A stretch of DNA of 64,000 nt from Octopus vulgaris (GCA_951406725.2 OX597825.1:80042001-80106000); one strand, 5' to 3'. Shown: positions 50,937-63,545, counted from the stretch's first letter. Program-made: numbers and translations. Notes: generated by a model from the letters alone, not told the origin.

Positions 50937-51792
50937 CTGAAACATAACAATTTTGAGTTAATAACATCATGCTTGGTGTACAAATATTATGTATAAGTGT
51001 GTGTGTGTGTACGTGTGTGCTTATGTGTACCCTGGTCTTGCCATCATATGATGGTTGTAAATGAGAGTTACTGTCGTGCAATTAAGGTTGTTCATCTCCA
51101 CTCTGCCATGGCAAATATTACCTTGCCTGGAAATAGGTGAGGTTGGCAACAGGAAGAGCATCCAGCCATAGTAAAATTTGCCTCAATAAACTCTTTCTAA
51201 GCTATGCAAGTGTGGGAAAAGGTAGATGTTGAATGACGATGATGATATAGAGTTGAGTGAAGAAAGAGTACTTATTCCCATAGCAGAGTTTGGTTGAATT
51301 AGTCTTTTGCAACTATGGATTTTGGCCCACAGAGTCTCCAGGCAAGTTGTGACATGCCTGATGACCCTATCAACATATTGGCAAAACTCCAGAATAGCAA
51401 GAGACTGACTCAAACAAAATAAATGTAGATATTCTTTATTTATGCATTAACAATGCTACCAATGGTTTCATGTGGACGAACTTCCACAATTTTCAAATGA
51501 TCCACTTACAAATTTACCATTGTTAAACCACAAATTAAGAACATTTATCCACCAAATGTGCTGTTGAGCACTCATCCTCATTGTACAATACTGTCATAAG
51601 TGTGTGTATAACTGTGTATTTCCTTGGGGCTGGCCAGATTGGAGCAATCTCAAGTATAACCAGCCAAAATTGCAAAGATAATCTGGAACTCCACTGAGGA
51701 AAGAAAACTCCAAATGACCAATTTTTGTTTTTTTCTGTCCCTTTTTTGTATCATCTGTCTGGATGTTTGCATTCTTGTCCCATTTTTTGTAT

Positions 51793-52230
51793 TCATCATC
51801 ATCATCATCATCATCATTTAGCGTCCGTTTTCCATGCTAGCATGGGTTGGACGGTTTAACTGGGGTCTGTGAAGCCGGAAGGCTTCATCAGGCCCAGTCA
51901 GATTTGGCAGTGTTTCTACGGCTGGATGCCCTTCCTAACGCCAACCACTCCGTGAGTGTAGTGGGTGCTTTTTACGTGCCACCTGCACAGGTGCCAGACA
52001 GAGCTGGCAAACGGCCACGAACGGATGGTGTTTTTACGTGCCACCGGCACGGTGGCCAGGCGAGGCTGGCAGCAGACATGAACGGATGGTGCTTTTACGT
52101 GCTACCGGCACGGGGGCCGGGCGAGGCTGGCAACAGACACGAACGGATGGTGCTTTTACGTGCTACCGGCATGGGGGCCAGGCGAGGCTGGCAACGGACA
52201 CGAGCGGATGGTGCTTTTACGTGCCAACGC

Positions 52231-52264
<34 letters not shown>

Positions 52265-53130
52265 AATATATATAGGGGAGCAAATATTTTTAGAAATTTC
52301 ACTACCAGTGGCCTAGCATGTATAAAAAGTCAATAGACAACATATTCTCAATATAAAATAGTGTAATGACCAAAACCAATGGTGGTTTTGGTCATTTTGG
52401 CTACTTCTAGCATGTAAAATTACCTGTTATAGGTAGTTTCTGTTGTGTTTAAATGTGCACTATTTTATATTGAGTATGTGTGTGTATGTATGTATACACG
52501 ATGGTTTTTGGCAAGCAGTGTTGATTTTTACAATTCTGTAAATAATAATAATAGTATTTTATAAGCTTAAAGCTTCTAAGTGCTGGCCATGCAATGACTA
52601 AAGAAAATAGTCTAATATTGGGGCATGTAGGCCCTCATCAGACAAAAAGTAGGTTTTCCATCAAGGGCTTATATGCCCCATTATCACACTATTTTCTTTA
52701 GTCATTGCACGGTGACCGCTTATAAAATACTATATATATATATATACTATTATTATTATTTTATATATATATATGCAACTGTAATGCCAGTGCCGGTGAC
52801 AAGTAAGCGAACCATCCGATCGTGGCCATTGCCAGCGCTGCCCTGACTGGCCTCCGTGCCGGAGGTACATAAAAAGCACCATCCGTTCGTGGCCGTTGCC
52901 AGCTTTGCCTGGCACATTTGCCAGCTCCGTCTGGCACCTGTGCGGGTGGCATGTAAAAAGCACCCACTACACTCACGGAGTGGTTGGCGTTAGGAAGGGC
53001 ATCCAGCCGTAGAAACACTGCCAGATCAGACTGGGCCTGATGCAGCCTTCTGGCTTCACAGACCCCAGTTGAACCGTCCAACCCATGCTAGCATGGAAAG
53101 CGGACGCTAAATGATGATGATGATGATGAT
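51793..53130. mobile_element. Two oppositely oriented 3'-end fragments of the same RTE LINE (51793-52230 minus; 52775-53130 plus)
   Basis: Both match the 3'UTR and tail of the 29208-30061 LINE and contain tandem units of about 60 bp. Other copies at about 31753-32190, 33960-34135, 34915-35185, 40140-40400, 42175-42330 and 44645-44975. Confidence 0.8.
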
Positions 53131-54154
53131 TGCCTAGTCATTGTGGTACTAATAACCTGGCATTGAACTCAATCTAAATATGTTTCAAAACAAAGTGTTA
53201 TTAGAGTACAATGGTAATAAGAAAAAGAGATGACAAAGGAATAAGTGATTATCTTATGAACCTCATTAGCTTCATCAGAGCACTTCATGGTTGAGGCTCT
53301 GATGAAGCTACAAAGTGTTACTCAGGCACCCAACTGTGAGTCAACAGCATCTTATAGTGGAAACAGCTTTAAGCTAATGAAGCTCATAGGATAACCATTT
53401 ATTCCTTTGTCATCTCTTTTTTCTGTTTTATATATATATAATTTGTTGTGTGTGTGTATATAAATATATAGAGAAGGACAGAGAGAGAGAAATATAGATT
53501 TTGTTTTTCAATGTGTATATATGTCTGTCTGTTGCTGTTATTTTTTAGCTTCAGACCAAAAACTGGTTTAGAAGACTTGTGATTAAAGTCATGGAACCCA
53601 GTCAACTTAAACCATCAGCAATTTAATACCACCATTTGGTCCTCTGTTGCAATCATTCAGTCCAAATTTCTAGGCTGAAGATGCGTCCTTCCTGCTGCCA
53701 ACAAATCTCTGAGGCCCCACAAAATAAAAGGTGGGATCGGAAGCACTGCCCTACTCTCTTTGACAAAGCAAGAAAAACGAACACTGTTCCACATTCTTGT
53801 CTGCGTACGGGGCTACACTATTTACCTTTGTCCTTTAGGGTTTTGATATGAGGAAAATATAGCTGCTATTTCAGGCAGTTTCAACAACATAACAGCATTA
53901 TTATTATTGGGCTGTGTGTGTGTGAGTGTATGTGTGAGTATGTATGTATATGCATGCTTGTGTATGTATGTATGTATGTATATGCATGCTTGTGTATGTA
54001 TGTATGTATGTATGTATGTATGTATGTATATGCATGCTTGTGTATGTATGTATGTATGTATGTGTGCTGATGACACATGCAGTTAAGTTGTTTAAAAAAA
54101 AAAGGGAAGATAAGAAAGAAGAGACCATGCCAAGAAGTAATAACGGCTTCTTAC

Positions 54155-54915
54155 TCAAGCATTTCGTTCATTTGTGATAGTTTCTCGGCCATAGCAGTGT
54201 GGTTTGGTCCAAAACGATGTCCGCAGTGGTCAACACCAAGGAAATGAGCAATCGAAACATGCCAGTCGGACTTGACAAGCTCTGATGAGAGATGACTTAT
54301 AATCCCATTATCTACACTGTGTAAATCTTTAACATTGAAAGAAGGAAATGCAAACGATTTAGTAAACCTCCCAGGAAAAAGTCCCATCCATGTATCATCT
54401 CCGAGGAATTTGATCTTCTTCTTCTGAGCAACTAACTGATCGATGATGTTATCTTCTGTAATTTCAGTAGAACGGAAATTCGATCCAGCTTCGATGAATG
54501 TAGGAAGGCTACCGGTCGTAAGTCCAGCCAGTCGTTGCATGGTCGTTGTAGGAGGGTCAGCTATAAATTTATACAACATGGCACGATCTTTCTCTTGGTT
54601 ATATTTATCGTGTACAACTGTTAATTTGTTAATATAAGGCAACATATTTGTTTTAGCTGTATTATTGGGGACGAGGAAATCATACCGCAAGCCATCGATG
54701 ATGATGATGATTGCTCGTCGAAAACGTCCGTGCATCCAGCATCCCTGCTCTCCGTGTCTTTCCAAAACAGTCGCAAAGTTGACATCGCATTGACTTTTCT
54801 CTGGTAATACGGTACGTTTCAGGAGAAAACCCTGAGCAAATATATAGACGGCTAACGCATAAAGAAATGTTAAGACCAACAGAAGGAAAAACAGACGACA
54901 CATGCCAAGAATCAT
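54155..54915 (-). CDS. PIGO: GPI ethanolamine phosphate transferase 3, coding exon 1
   Basis: MILGMCRLFF... N-terminal TM segment with GFLLKR, then alkaline-phosphatase-superfamily motifs IIDGLRYDF, DPPTTTMQRL, LTTGSLPTFI, GDDTW and HFLGVDHCGH. Donor GA|gtaaga. The start could instead be the ATG at 54903. A probable acceptor at 54971-54970 implies an upstream non-coding exon. Confidence 0.95.
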
Positions 54916-55489
54916 TTTGTTGAAGACGCAAACCCAATCAACCGGTCTGATGTCTGTCACAGCTAAAACCTGAATATAAGAATGTGGGCTGGCAATAAAT
55001 ATATAACTAAACTTAATAAATAATCAGTATATGGTATGTGAAATAACTTAGAAGTGGTTTAAGTGTCTATCTGGTTAAGACCGGCAAACTAATACACATC
55101 CGAAGTGTGTTAAATGAATGTATTGTTTAATGATTTCTAAATTAACGAATAATTTTGAAAAATGATCCAAATTCACAACGATATAAAAGAGCTAATTGGT
55201 GTATAATCTGCTGGGTAATTACAGCTAAATGTCATAGCCTGTGCATGAAAAAATAGCGAGAAACATGTGAGGAATTCCAGGGGAATTCGTCGGTGAACGT
55301 CGTCGCCTTTGGAAACATTATAGAATGGACATTAATTAAGGATGGAAAGAGAAACATAGGAATTACTGGTTTCTTGTAGAGGAAACTAGTTAACTGTTCT
55401 TCATTGTAGGGAGATGCTCACTGACGTACATTGCAGCTGATTTTGTGGTTAATTACAGAAATCAATTTAAGAAGGTTTCAAAAAAACAA

Positions 55490-55600
55490 ATAAACGTCCA
55501 GCACATGCCGGAAGTTTCGCTGGCGTGGGAGGAAGTGGCGAGGACTGCAACACCATTTGAGTTACTTCCCTTCGCTCTAAGGGGAAATAACTCTCAGAAT
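55490..55600 (-). promoter_or_regulatory. Probable PIGO promoter
   Basis: About 600 bp upstream of the PIGO ATG. ETS-type CCGGAAGT (55508-55515) and a second GGAAGT, plus a dyad at 55559-55593. Confidence 0.45.
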
Positions 55601-58600
55601 TGTACATAACATATATTTCTTTACAACCCACAAGGGCTGAACACAGAGGGGACAGACAAACGGATTAAGTCGATTACATCGACCCCAGTCCGTAACTGGT
55701 ACTTAATTTATCGACCCCGAAAGGATGAAAGGCAAAGTCGACCTCGGCGGAATTTGAACTCAGAACGTAACGTCAGACTAAATGCCTATTTCTTTACTAC
55801 CCACAAGGGGCTAAACACAGAGGGGACAGACAAAGGGATTAAGTCGATTACATCGACCCCAGTGCGTAACTGGTACTTAATTTATCGACCCCGAAAGGCA
55901 AAGTCGACTTCGGCGTTATTTGAACTCAGAACGTAACGACAGACGAAATACGGCTACGCATTCCGCCCGGCGTGTTAACGTTTCTGCCAGCTCGCCGCCT
56001 TTACATCACTTAAATATATTGTTGAGAAACGTCTTAAAAGAAAAGAAACGAATGTATTTTCAATCTTCCTATAGCTTGTAGATTTTATTCGTTACACATT
56101 TGTTTCACTTTAATTCAATGAAATGACTTCTGTATGAGAGACAGAAACAGCAGCAGTTTTTTTTTGTTCCCCAGCAATGTGCACTCTCTCACCTGTAATG
56201 ACAATATATGAGATCCAGTTTTAGCAGCATTTTGTGTAGAAGGCGTGTAGTTCTTGAGCCGGCTGTTTACCAAGTATAAAAATCAATGTGTATCGATGCA
56301 TCGTATTGAACAAAATAAATATTAATTGCTTGTTAAGATAATCACTTAATAAGATAGATTATAATGTCAGTTGTTGCAATATAGAAATAACTTGTTATTG
56401 TTGTTTGTGTGTAGACAAGTTATTCGTAGCTCTCCAGTCCATTGTGGGTGTCAGCTTCGTCTCTGTGTGACTACGAAAGAGAGACAGGGTAAAAGGAATG
56501 TAGATAGATAGAAAAGGGAATAAATCTGCTTTCACACATTGATCAGCAAACTGAGAGCTGCTCTTTAAGCGGAGACCAGTCGAACCAAGAAGAAAGAAAA
56601 CTATTTGACTTTATGCATTTATAGTCTTCATAACTGACTTAAATCAAGCAAAAGAATTTCTCTCAAACCAGCTTTGATCAATGAAGGCAAAAGATGAAGA
56701 GATCAGTTTATTCTCGTAGATTTCTTAGGGAAACAGGCTAAAACAATAGGCCGATGGCTCATATGGATTTGGTTTTGGATCCTAGCTTAGAAAGCTGGTA
56801 ACTGTTTGCTACACATCTAGCATTCTGTATTAAAGTTTTATGTCCAAACTAGAAACTAAAACTGTTTATGTCTTTTAGTTAATACCACAACATATGATAA
56901 AGTTTGAATTCCTAGTTTGTAGATCACAAAATTATTATCTATACAAACCTTCCTTATTCCATGTTTGACTACTGCCAGTATCGTTTTTATCTTCCATTCC
57001 TCCAGAATAAATATCCAATATTCCCCTCTAAATTTTGTAATTCTTACTTTCAATAATTTCTCTTGTAAGAAAGCAGAGTCAGTTATTATCACTGTGGTTC
57101 TTTAGTCATTAATCAAGAAGATCTGTAAATAAATTCCTTAGTCATTAATCAAGAGGATCTAGAAATAAAGGTCTTCTAAAAGATACCATCCAGTCTTATT
57201 TCTAACCTGATGTGCCTTTCATCTTGAAGGCAGTAGGGTGTGATCTGTGGGAGATTTGGCTTCTATTTATAGCAGGTCAATCAACAATACAGAAAGGAGT
57301 AGACTTACTGGTTATGTTACAGTTAATCCATTCATAAACCTCAGACCAAGGAGATTCTTAACCATGTTCGTAAATACAGCATTACATGGATTAAAATGAA
57401 GTCTCACTCATGTTATTGCTACTAACTCTTCCTGGCACGCCATCAGTTACAACGACAAGGGTTCTAGTTGATCCGATCAATGGAACAAGCCTTCTCATGA
57501 AATTAATGGGCATCTGGTTGAACACTCCACAAACATACCCTTAACATAGTTCTCAGGGAGATTCAGCCTGACACAGAATGTGACAAGGCTGGCCCTTTGA
57601 AATACAGGTACTACTGATTTTTGGCAGCTGAGTGGATTAGAGCAACGTGAAGTAAAGTGTCTTGCTCAAGAACATAACACACCATTGGCAATTGAACTCA
57701 CAACCTTACGACCATGAGCCACCTGTCCTAATCACTAAGCCATGTGCCTTCATGCTACCAACTTTTGCTGAAGCTCTGTTATCTATTTAATGGACCGGGG
57801 TATATAAATACTTTTGCCTTGCTCAGAGACAATGCAAAATGCCTGACCTGGAACTGAACTCACCAACTCCAATCTGGAAGTCCCTTATGTCATTCATCTA
57901 GTAGTTTTACATTTTAGGTTTTATCTAATTCTGTTGTGGTGCACCTGAGCACTGATACAATAATTTCATTATTATTATAATTCAAAAATGAGACAAGTTT
58001 GTATATAGCATCAACAATGTCGTGTTATGGTCTTTGAGTTCAGCTTTTTAAGCTAATTTGTAGCGAATGAAGCACTCAATGGATTTGTTGTCTTCTACAG
58101 TGAATTGTATCTGTATGTGTGACTTCTTTACAGCTAAGTAAAGTAGGTCACTGAAAATGGTCTTTGTTAGTAAGAAGGAGTAGCACTAGTGATGGGAAAT
58201 CAATCACCAATTAGTGGCTGAACATGTGTGTGTGTGGGGGGGGGCGGTGTATGGGACTGTCTGTATGCATGAGAGAAAGAGAAGGAGAGAGAGAAAGAAA
58301 GAGCTTCAATTGCATCACAATGACCAGTTATTTCCATTGTACTCATTCGTTTAGTTATTCTTATTTTATAGCTTGTTTTTTCTGTCTCCTAAATATGGTA
58401 CAGTTGAAGAAAGCATCACAGCTCTTTAACTCAAAGTCTTAGAATTCAACTTGTCTCTTTTTCATCATTAAAAAAATATTTTAGAATAGTTATTACTGAA
58501 TCACAAAACTATATCAACTGTGTGTTTGTGTGTGTGCATGTGCATGGTATACATGTGTGTGCAATATACTTGTGTGTGTGTGTGTATATCACAAGCTTGC

Positions 58601-58719
58601 CTTAATGTAATGATTAGCTAAAAGTTAACATACACACACAACATACATATATATATAGATGTGTATATGTGTGTGTACGTATGTACATGCATACACACAC
58701 ACACACACATACATAATAA

Positions 58720-59270
58720 TTAATAATAACTGGCCCTTTTCATCTATGCAGACGATCAATTTAGCTTAGAGGTCACTTAATCAAACATATCAGGGGCTCC
58801 TTTTCTTGCAGCTCCTTTCACGGCTGAATCCTCCTATGATTGAAGCTTATCTTCTGTCACAGAACTTGCATACCAAGAGGATGGCTCGGTGCTCTGCATT
58901 TCTGTTGTTTTACCTTTCACCGCTGACATTTCTCAACTTGTTTGTTTCTGTAGCTACATACATTTATGGCTGCCCCCTCGTTATCGAGTATGGCCATTGC
59001 ACGAAGTTTAACTGTTACTGGTGCTGTGATCGAATGTGACTTTTTAGCCCAGCTAAAGATCTACAATGTCTTGTACAGAATTGGCAACTAAGACCTTTAC
59101 TGGTAATAGCCGGCTGTAGTTGTAACTGGGCTTCATGTACCTTTGCATGTCGTTTAAGTCCTCCTGCCGAATTACACTCTCTTCCACATGCCCGACAGAT
59201 ATGATTAATATGGAGTGTTACACCACCACCAGTGGCCAGGTTGTCACTCATCTGTCTCGTCTTATGACTA
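58720..59270 (-). mobile_element. LINE 3' fragment with two C2H2 zinc-finger motifs
   Basis: CRACGRECNSAGGLKRHAKVH and CQFCTRHCRSLAGLKSHIRSQH resemble the C-terminal CxxC...GLxSH fingers of RTE-like LINE ORF2. Followed by UTR and a (TTA)n-like tail; no splice context. Confidence 0.6.
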
Positions 59271-59336
59271 CATACATACATACATAATTGAGATTAATGA
59301 AATTAAGGCGCTCATTTCAGCAGCACTTTCAAGTGG

Positions 59337-59712
59337 AGGCGCACTGACTCAATGGTTAGGGCAGCGGACTCGCAGTTGGAGGATCGCGGTTTCGATTCCC
59401 AGACCGGGCGTTGTGTGTGTTTATTGAACGTAAACACCTAAAGCTCCATGAGGCTCCAGCAGGGGGTGAGGGTGGCGACCCCTGTTGTACTCTTTCACTC
59501 CAAATTTCTCTCACTCTTTCTTCCTGTTTCTTGTCCCCAACTTCCTATGCAACCACTGAGCCTGGATGCGCATTCATCCATCCGTCGATGCTCTCGGTGT
59601 CAGGGGTTGACCTACTTTCTCTTCTGCAGGTCTTATGAATAGCAAAGGACCACGTTTTGGACTTCTCCCACTAATGGGACGAAGCCTGCTTCACTTAACA
59701 AACAAACAAACA
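59337..59712 (+). mobile_element. tRNA-derived SINE (family E) with (AAAC)n tail
   Basis: tRNA-like head GGCGCACTGACTCAATGGTTAGGGCAGCGGACTCGC...GGTTTCGATTCCC. Relatives on the minus strand at about 11500-11700 and 22190-22493. Confidence 0.75.
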
Positions 59713-59884
59713 AGCAATTTTGCATATCAAATCGGTATGTTATAATCCTCACAGAGTAAAGAACAAGAATTTTAATTGAGGAAAAGAGAAGTCAAATAAA
59801 AGCTATATATGTTTTGGTGTACAAACACCATTTATTTCATATTACATCATCATCATCATCGTTTAATGTCCGCCTTCCAGCCGG

Positions 59885-59956
59885 TCCTCAGTAATATAGT
59901 GGTAAGTATCCCCACCTGTCACGCGGGAGACCGGGGTTCGATTCCATGCTATGGAG
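59885..59956 (+). pseudogene. tRNA-Asp(GTC) pseudogene
   Basis: TCCTCAGTAATATAGTGGTAAGTATCCCCACCTGTCACGCGGGAGACCGGGGTTCGATTCCATGCTATGGAG closely follows eukaryotic tRNA-Asp, with mispairs in the acceptor, anticodon and T stems. Confidence 0.75.
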
Positions 59957-60287
59957 GCAGTGATGTTGTTTTATAGGTGCAGGCATGGCTGTGTGGTAAG
60001 ACGCTTGCTTCCCAACCACATAGTTCCCAACCACATAGTTCAGTCCCACTACATGGCACATTGGGCAAGTGTTTTCTACTATAGCCTTGAGTTGACCAAA
60101 GCTCTGTGATTGCATTTGGTAGATGGAAACTGAAAAGAAGCCCATCATATATATATACATATATATATATATGTGTGTGTGTGTATATGTATGTATGTTT
60201 GTATGTATATATATACAATGTGACCTCGTGTGTACCGTTGGCGATTTTTTTTCCTCTGTCTTCCCTTCTCTGGATCTTTCCTTCTAT

Positions 60288-60322
60288 GTTTCCGATGAAG
60301 AGCTCCGCTCGAAACGTTAAAC
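60288..60322 (+). ncRNA. Minimal hammerhead ribozyme motif (Penelope-type pLTR)
   Basis: GTTT-CCGATGA-A-GAGC-TCC-GCTC-GAAAC-GTT-AAAC, inside a TA-flanked pLTR-like repeat (about 60220-60415). Confidence 0.55.
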
Positions 60323-62389
60323 CCTCCTTCTTTCCTGAGCGTCCAATAATACTATATTTGTTCCACATCCTCGCGTTGTTGTGTTTTTTTGTGCTTTCTT
60401 GTTTGGATTAACTTTATGTATATATATATATATACACACACACACACATATATATATGTATATATTTGTGTGTTTGTATTTGTCCCCCATCATCGCTTGA
60501 CACCCGATCCTGGTGTGTACCTCCCCCATAAATCTTTAGAGATGCTAAGATTCAACTTGTATTGACCAGACAGGCATTTGAAAGCCTGAGATCAGTGCTG
60601 GAATTTATCTTTACACATACACACACACACACTTGCATGGTGTCGGGTGGGAGTGGGGGAAGGAATTTAAATTGCTTTTTTTTTTTACTTAAATCCTAGC
60701 ATTGGACTACCCTGGGGCGCTTTACCATTCCATTAAATGGATGAATCCCAGCATGGAAAACGGATGTTAAAGGGTGATGATGATGATTCTTAAAAGGTAT
60801 GTAAAAGATATCATGTGACCATGATTAATGGTGAGTTTGTTGCCCTCACGATCGCTAGATTGTAGGTTCAATTTCCAGTCTGGGTACGCGTTGTGTTCTT
60901 GAGCAAAACACTTCATTTCACGTTGCTTCTGTCTCCCTGTCAGGGGGGAATGTTGCCCTGCTCTCGCCTAGCCAGCGGGGTGGTGCCATTCCAAGGCTAA
61001 AACAATGCAAAAGCGCATTGTGACCAGCGATGTGTAACATCTGATAGCCTGGTCAGTCATGTGATTACAAGATGTAAAAGATAATTTATTTTAATAGCAT
61101 ACTTTTCAGTTAGTAAATGTCTTTTGTTCCTTACACATACACACACACTTGCATGGTGCGGGGTGGGGATAGGGGGTAAGAATTTAAACTTAAATCCTAG
61201 CAATGGACTACCCTGGGACGCATTACCATTCCATTAAATGGGAAGGAAAATATTGAAAAGCATCAATACATTACAGAGTGACAAGGAAACGAAGAAAGTA
61301 CTAGGTGGTCGTGGGATGTGCTAAAAACAACAGCTAAATTGTCCTTAAATCAAACGCCTTTTCGTCTGAAAATTATTTTGAAATTATAAACGGAAACAAA
61401 TAACAGATTCGGATTGTCGGTATTTCAGAACTATGATTTTTTTTTTAAATTCGAGAAAGAGTGGAAACTTTAGGATTTATGGGGAAGGTGAATTTTTTAA
61501 ATATTTTTGCATAATCTGACGAATCCTCGTGTGAAGAACATAGATTCGCAAAATTTTTCTGAAAATTCCAAACAATAAAACAGCTATAAGGAGTTATGTG
61601 TATCATTATGCGCGCCGGCAGAATTGTTAGGACGCCGGACAGAATGCTGAGTGATCTTCAGGCTTTACGTTCTGGTTTCAAATTCCACTGAAATTGACTT
61701 TACTTTTCGGAGTCGATAAAATGAAGTCAAATACTGAAATCGATATAATTGATTAATCCTTTCCTTAAGCGGCGAACTACCAGGAGCGTCGGACGAAATG
61801 ATTTGCGGCATTTCTTCCGGCTCTTAACGTTTTTCAGTTCAATTCCCGCCTAGATTAACTTCTACTTTTATCCCTCCGGGGTCGATCCACTTCCTTCATT
61901 TGCTGGCCTTGTACGTAAACCAGAAGCTATTATTTTAAATTTTTTTAGGACTTATATAGATTTCGAACTATTCTTCCAGCCATTAAAGTTATAATTAAAT
62001 TTAGGGCCTTTTCCCTTCATCAATTACATTCGCTCGTATATTCGCAAACCCTTCAATAAAATACACGCACTTCTCTCAAGTTTTAAAATACGCGGCATAA
62101 AAAGCGAAGAAAAACTGGAACAATAATTTTTGATTTTAGGAATTCACGAAAGCTTTTTGAATTAAAGTAAAATTAACGTAGCCTGATTTTTGTCAGTTAC
62201 AAAATGCAAAATTATAAATTGTTTAATTAAAAATAAAATTAACGATCAGATAACTAATTAAATAAAAAGAAAATTAACAAGTGGCCCCAAAGCTTTGTCT
62301 TTTTTTTCCACAAAGTGCTTTGTTTGTTTTATTTGTTGGTTTCTTTTTCCTTTGTTTTTTTTTTTTCCATAATTTTCAGCGCATTAAGT

Positions 62390-62690
62390 TGCGCCCCCTA
62401 CCGACAACTAAACTCAGCAACACACGAAGTGCGCCTTTAAATTCATAGTAGTTCGGCACCGAATACCAGGCGACGCAGCGATTGGTGGAGAAAACGACGA
62501 TGTCATCCGTGCACGTTAGTAGGCGCCATATTGGTAAGGAAGAGTGAAAAAGGCGTCAAATATTCGATTGTTGTGGAAAGTTGATGGTGGTCGATTGGAC
62601 GGCGAAGCTTTGGAAGAAAAAACATACGAACGGGCACTGCTTTAATTTATTTCCCCTCCCCTTGTACATAAGGCACGCACAGCCCCATCA
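62390..62690 (+). promoter_or_regulatory. CpG-rich promoter/5'UTR of the gene starting at 62694
   Basis: Local CpG enrichment, reverse CCAAT boxes (gattgg near 62480 and 62593) and a YY1-like CGCCATATT near 62524. Confidence 0.5.
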
Positions 62691-62693
62691 AGG

Positions 62694-62846
62694 ATGTCGT
62701 CTGAAACAGGAGGGACGGCTGTGTCGAGTGCCGCCGCCGGGATGAGTCGGGTGGAGTCTTCTTCCACCGTCCGAGAAGACAACACCAATAATACTTCTTC
62801 AGTCGACAGCACCGGACCCCATGCCGACACTCAGAAACAACCTCAG
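62694..62846 (+). CDS. Probable first coding exon of an unidentified gene
   Basis: AGGATGT start context, 51 codons of GC-rich non-repeat Ser/Thr-rich sequence (MSSETGGTAVSSAAAGM...TQKQPQ), then a CAG|gtacgc donor. Lies directly downstream of a CpG-rich promoter-like region. No family recognisable. Confidence 0.6.
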
Positions 62847-63156
62847 GTACGCGCAACGTCCCTTCTTACCCTGCAACCCTTATTATTCAACCCTTGCTCC
62901 CATTATTATTATTATTATTATCTCCTCGGTGGTTTTTTTTTTTTTAACCCCGGTATTTCAACTATTTCCTATCAATGTTGTGTATATACATACATATATA
63001 TATAATGTGTGTATATATATATAATATATTGTGTAAAATATATTTATATTACTATTGAGCAGACTATCGGATGTTATACATTCCTGATCACAATGTGCTT
63101 CCATGCATTGTGGCTTTGAAATGAAGCCACCCCGCTGGCGAAGCGGCCAGGCATGC

Positions 63157-63190
63157 ATATATATATGTATGTATATATACATACACACAC

Positions 63191-63232
<42 letters not shown>

Positions 63233-63545
63233 TGTGTACATCGCCCCCAATACTTCTAACATATATATGTATATATACACTCACACACATATGTATACAT
63301 ATATATATACACTCACACATATGTATATATATACACACACACATATGTATATATATACATACACACACACATATATGTAGATATAAACACACATATATAC
63401 ACACACATATATGTATATATATATACATACACACACATATATGTAGATATAAACACACATATGTATGTATATATATATATACACACACACGCACACACAC
63501 ATGTAAATATATATATATATATATATTTGCACACACACACACACT
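63157..63545. repeat. Compound (TA)n/(CA)n low-complexity tract
   Basis: Seen directly; explains the overlapping YIYI/THTH ORFs. Confidence 0.9.

Noticed and set aside
51960-52230. Regularly spaced repeats of about 60 bp resembling a CRISPR array
   Set aside because: The units are similar along their whole length with no unique spacers, belong to the RTE LINE 3'UTR, and there are no cas genes in this eukaryotic context.
59015-59281. Host C2H2 zinc-finger gene
   Set aside because: No TGEKP linkers or splice signals; finger pattern, trailing UTR and simple-repeat tail fit a LINE ORF2 C-terminus.
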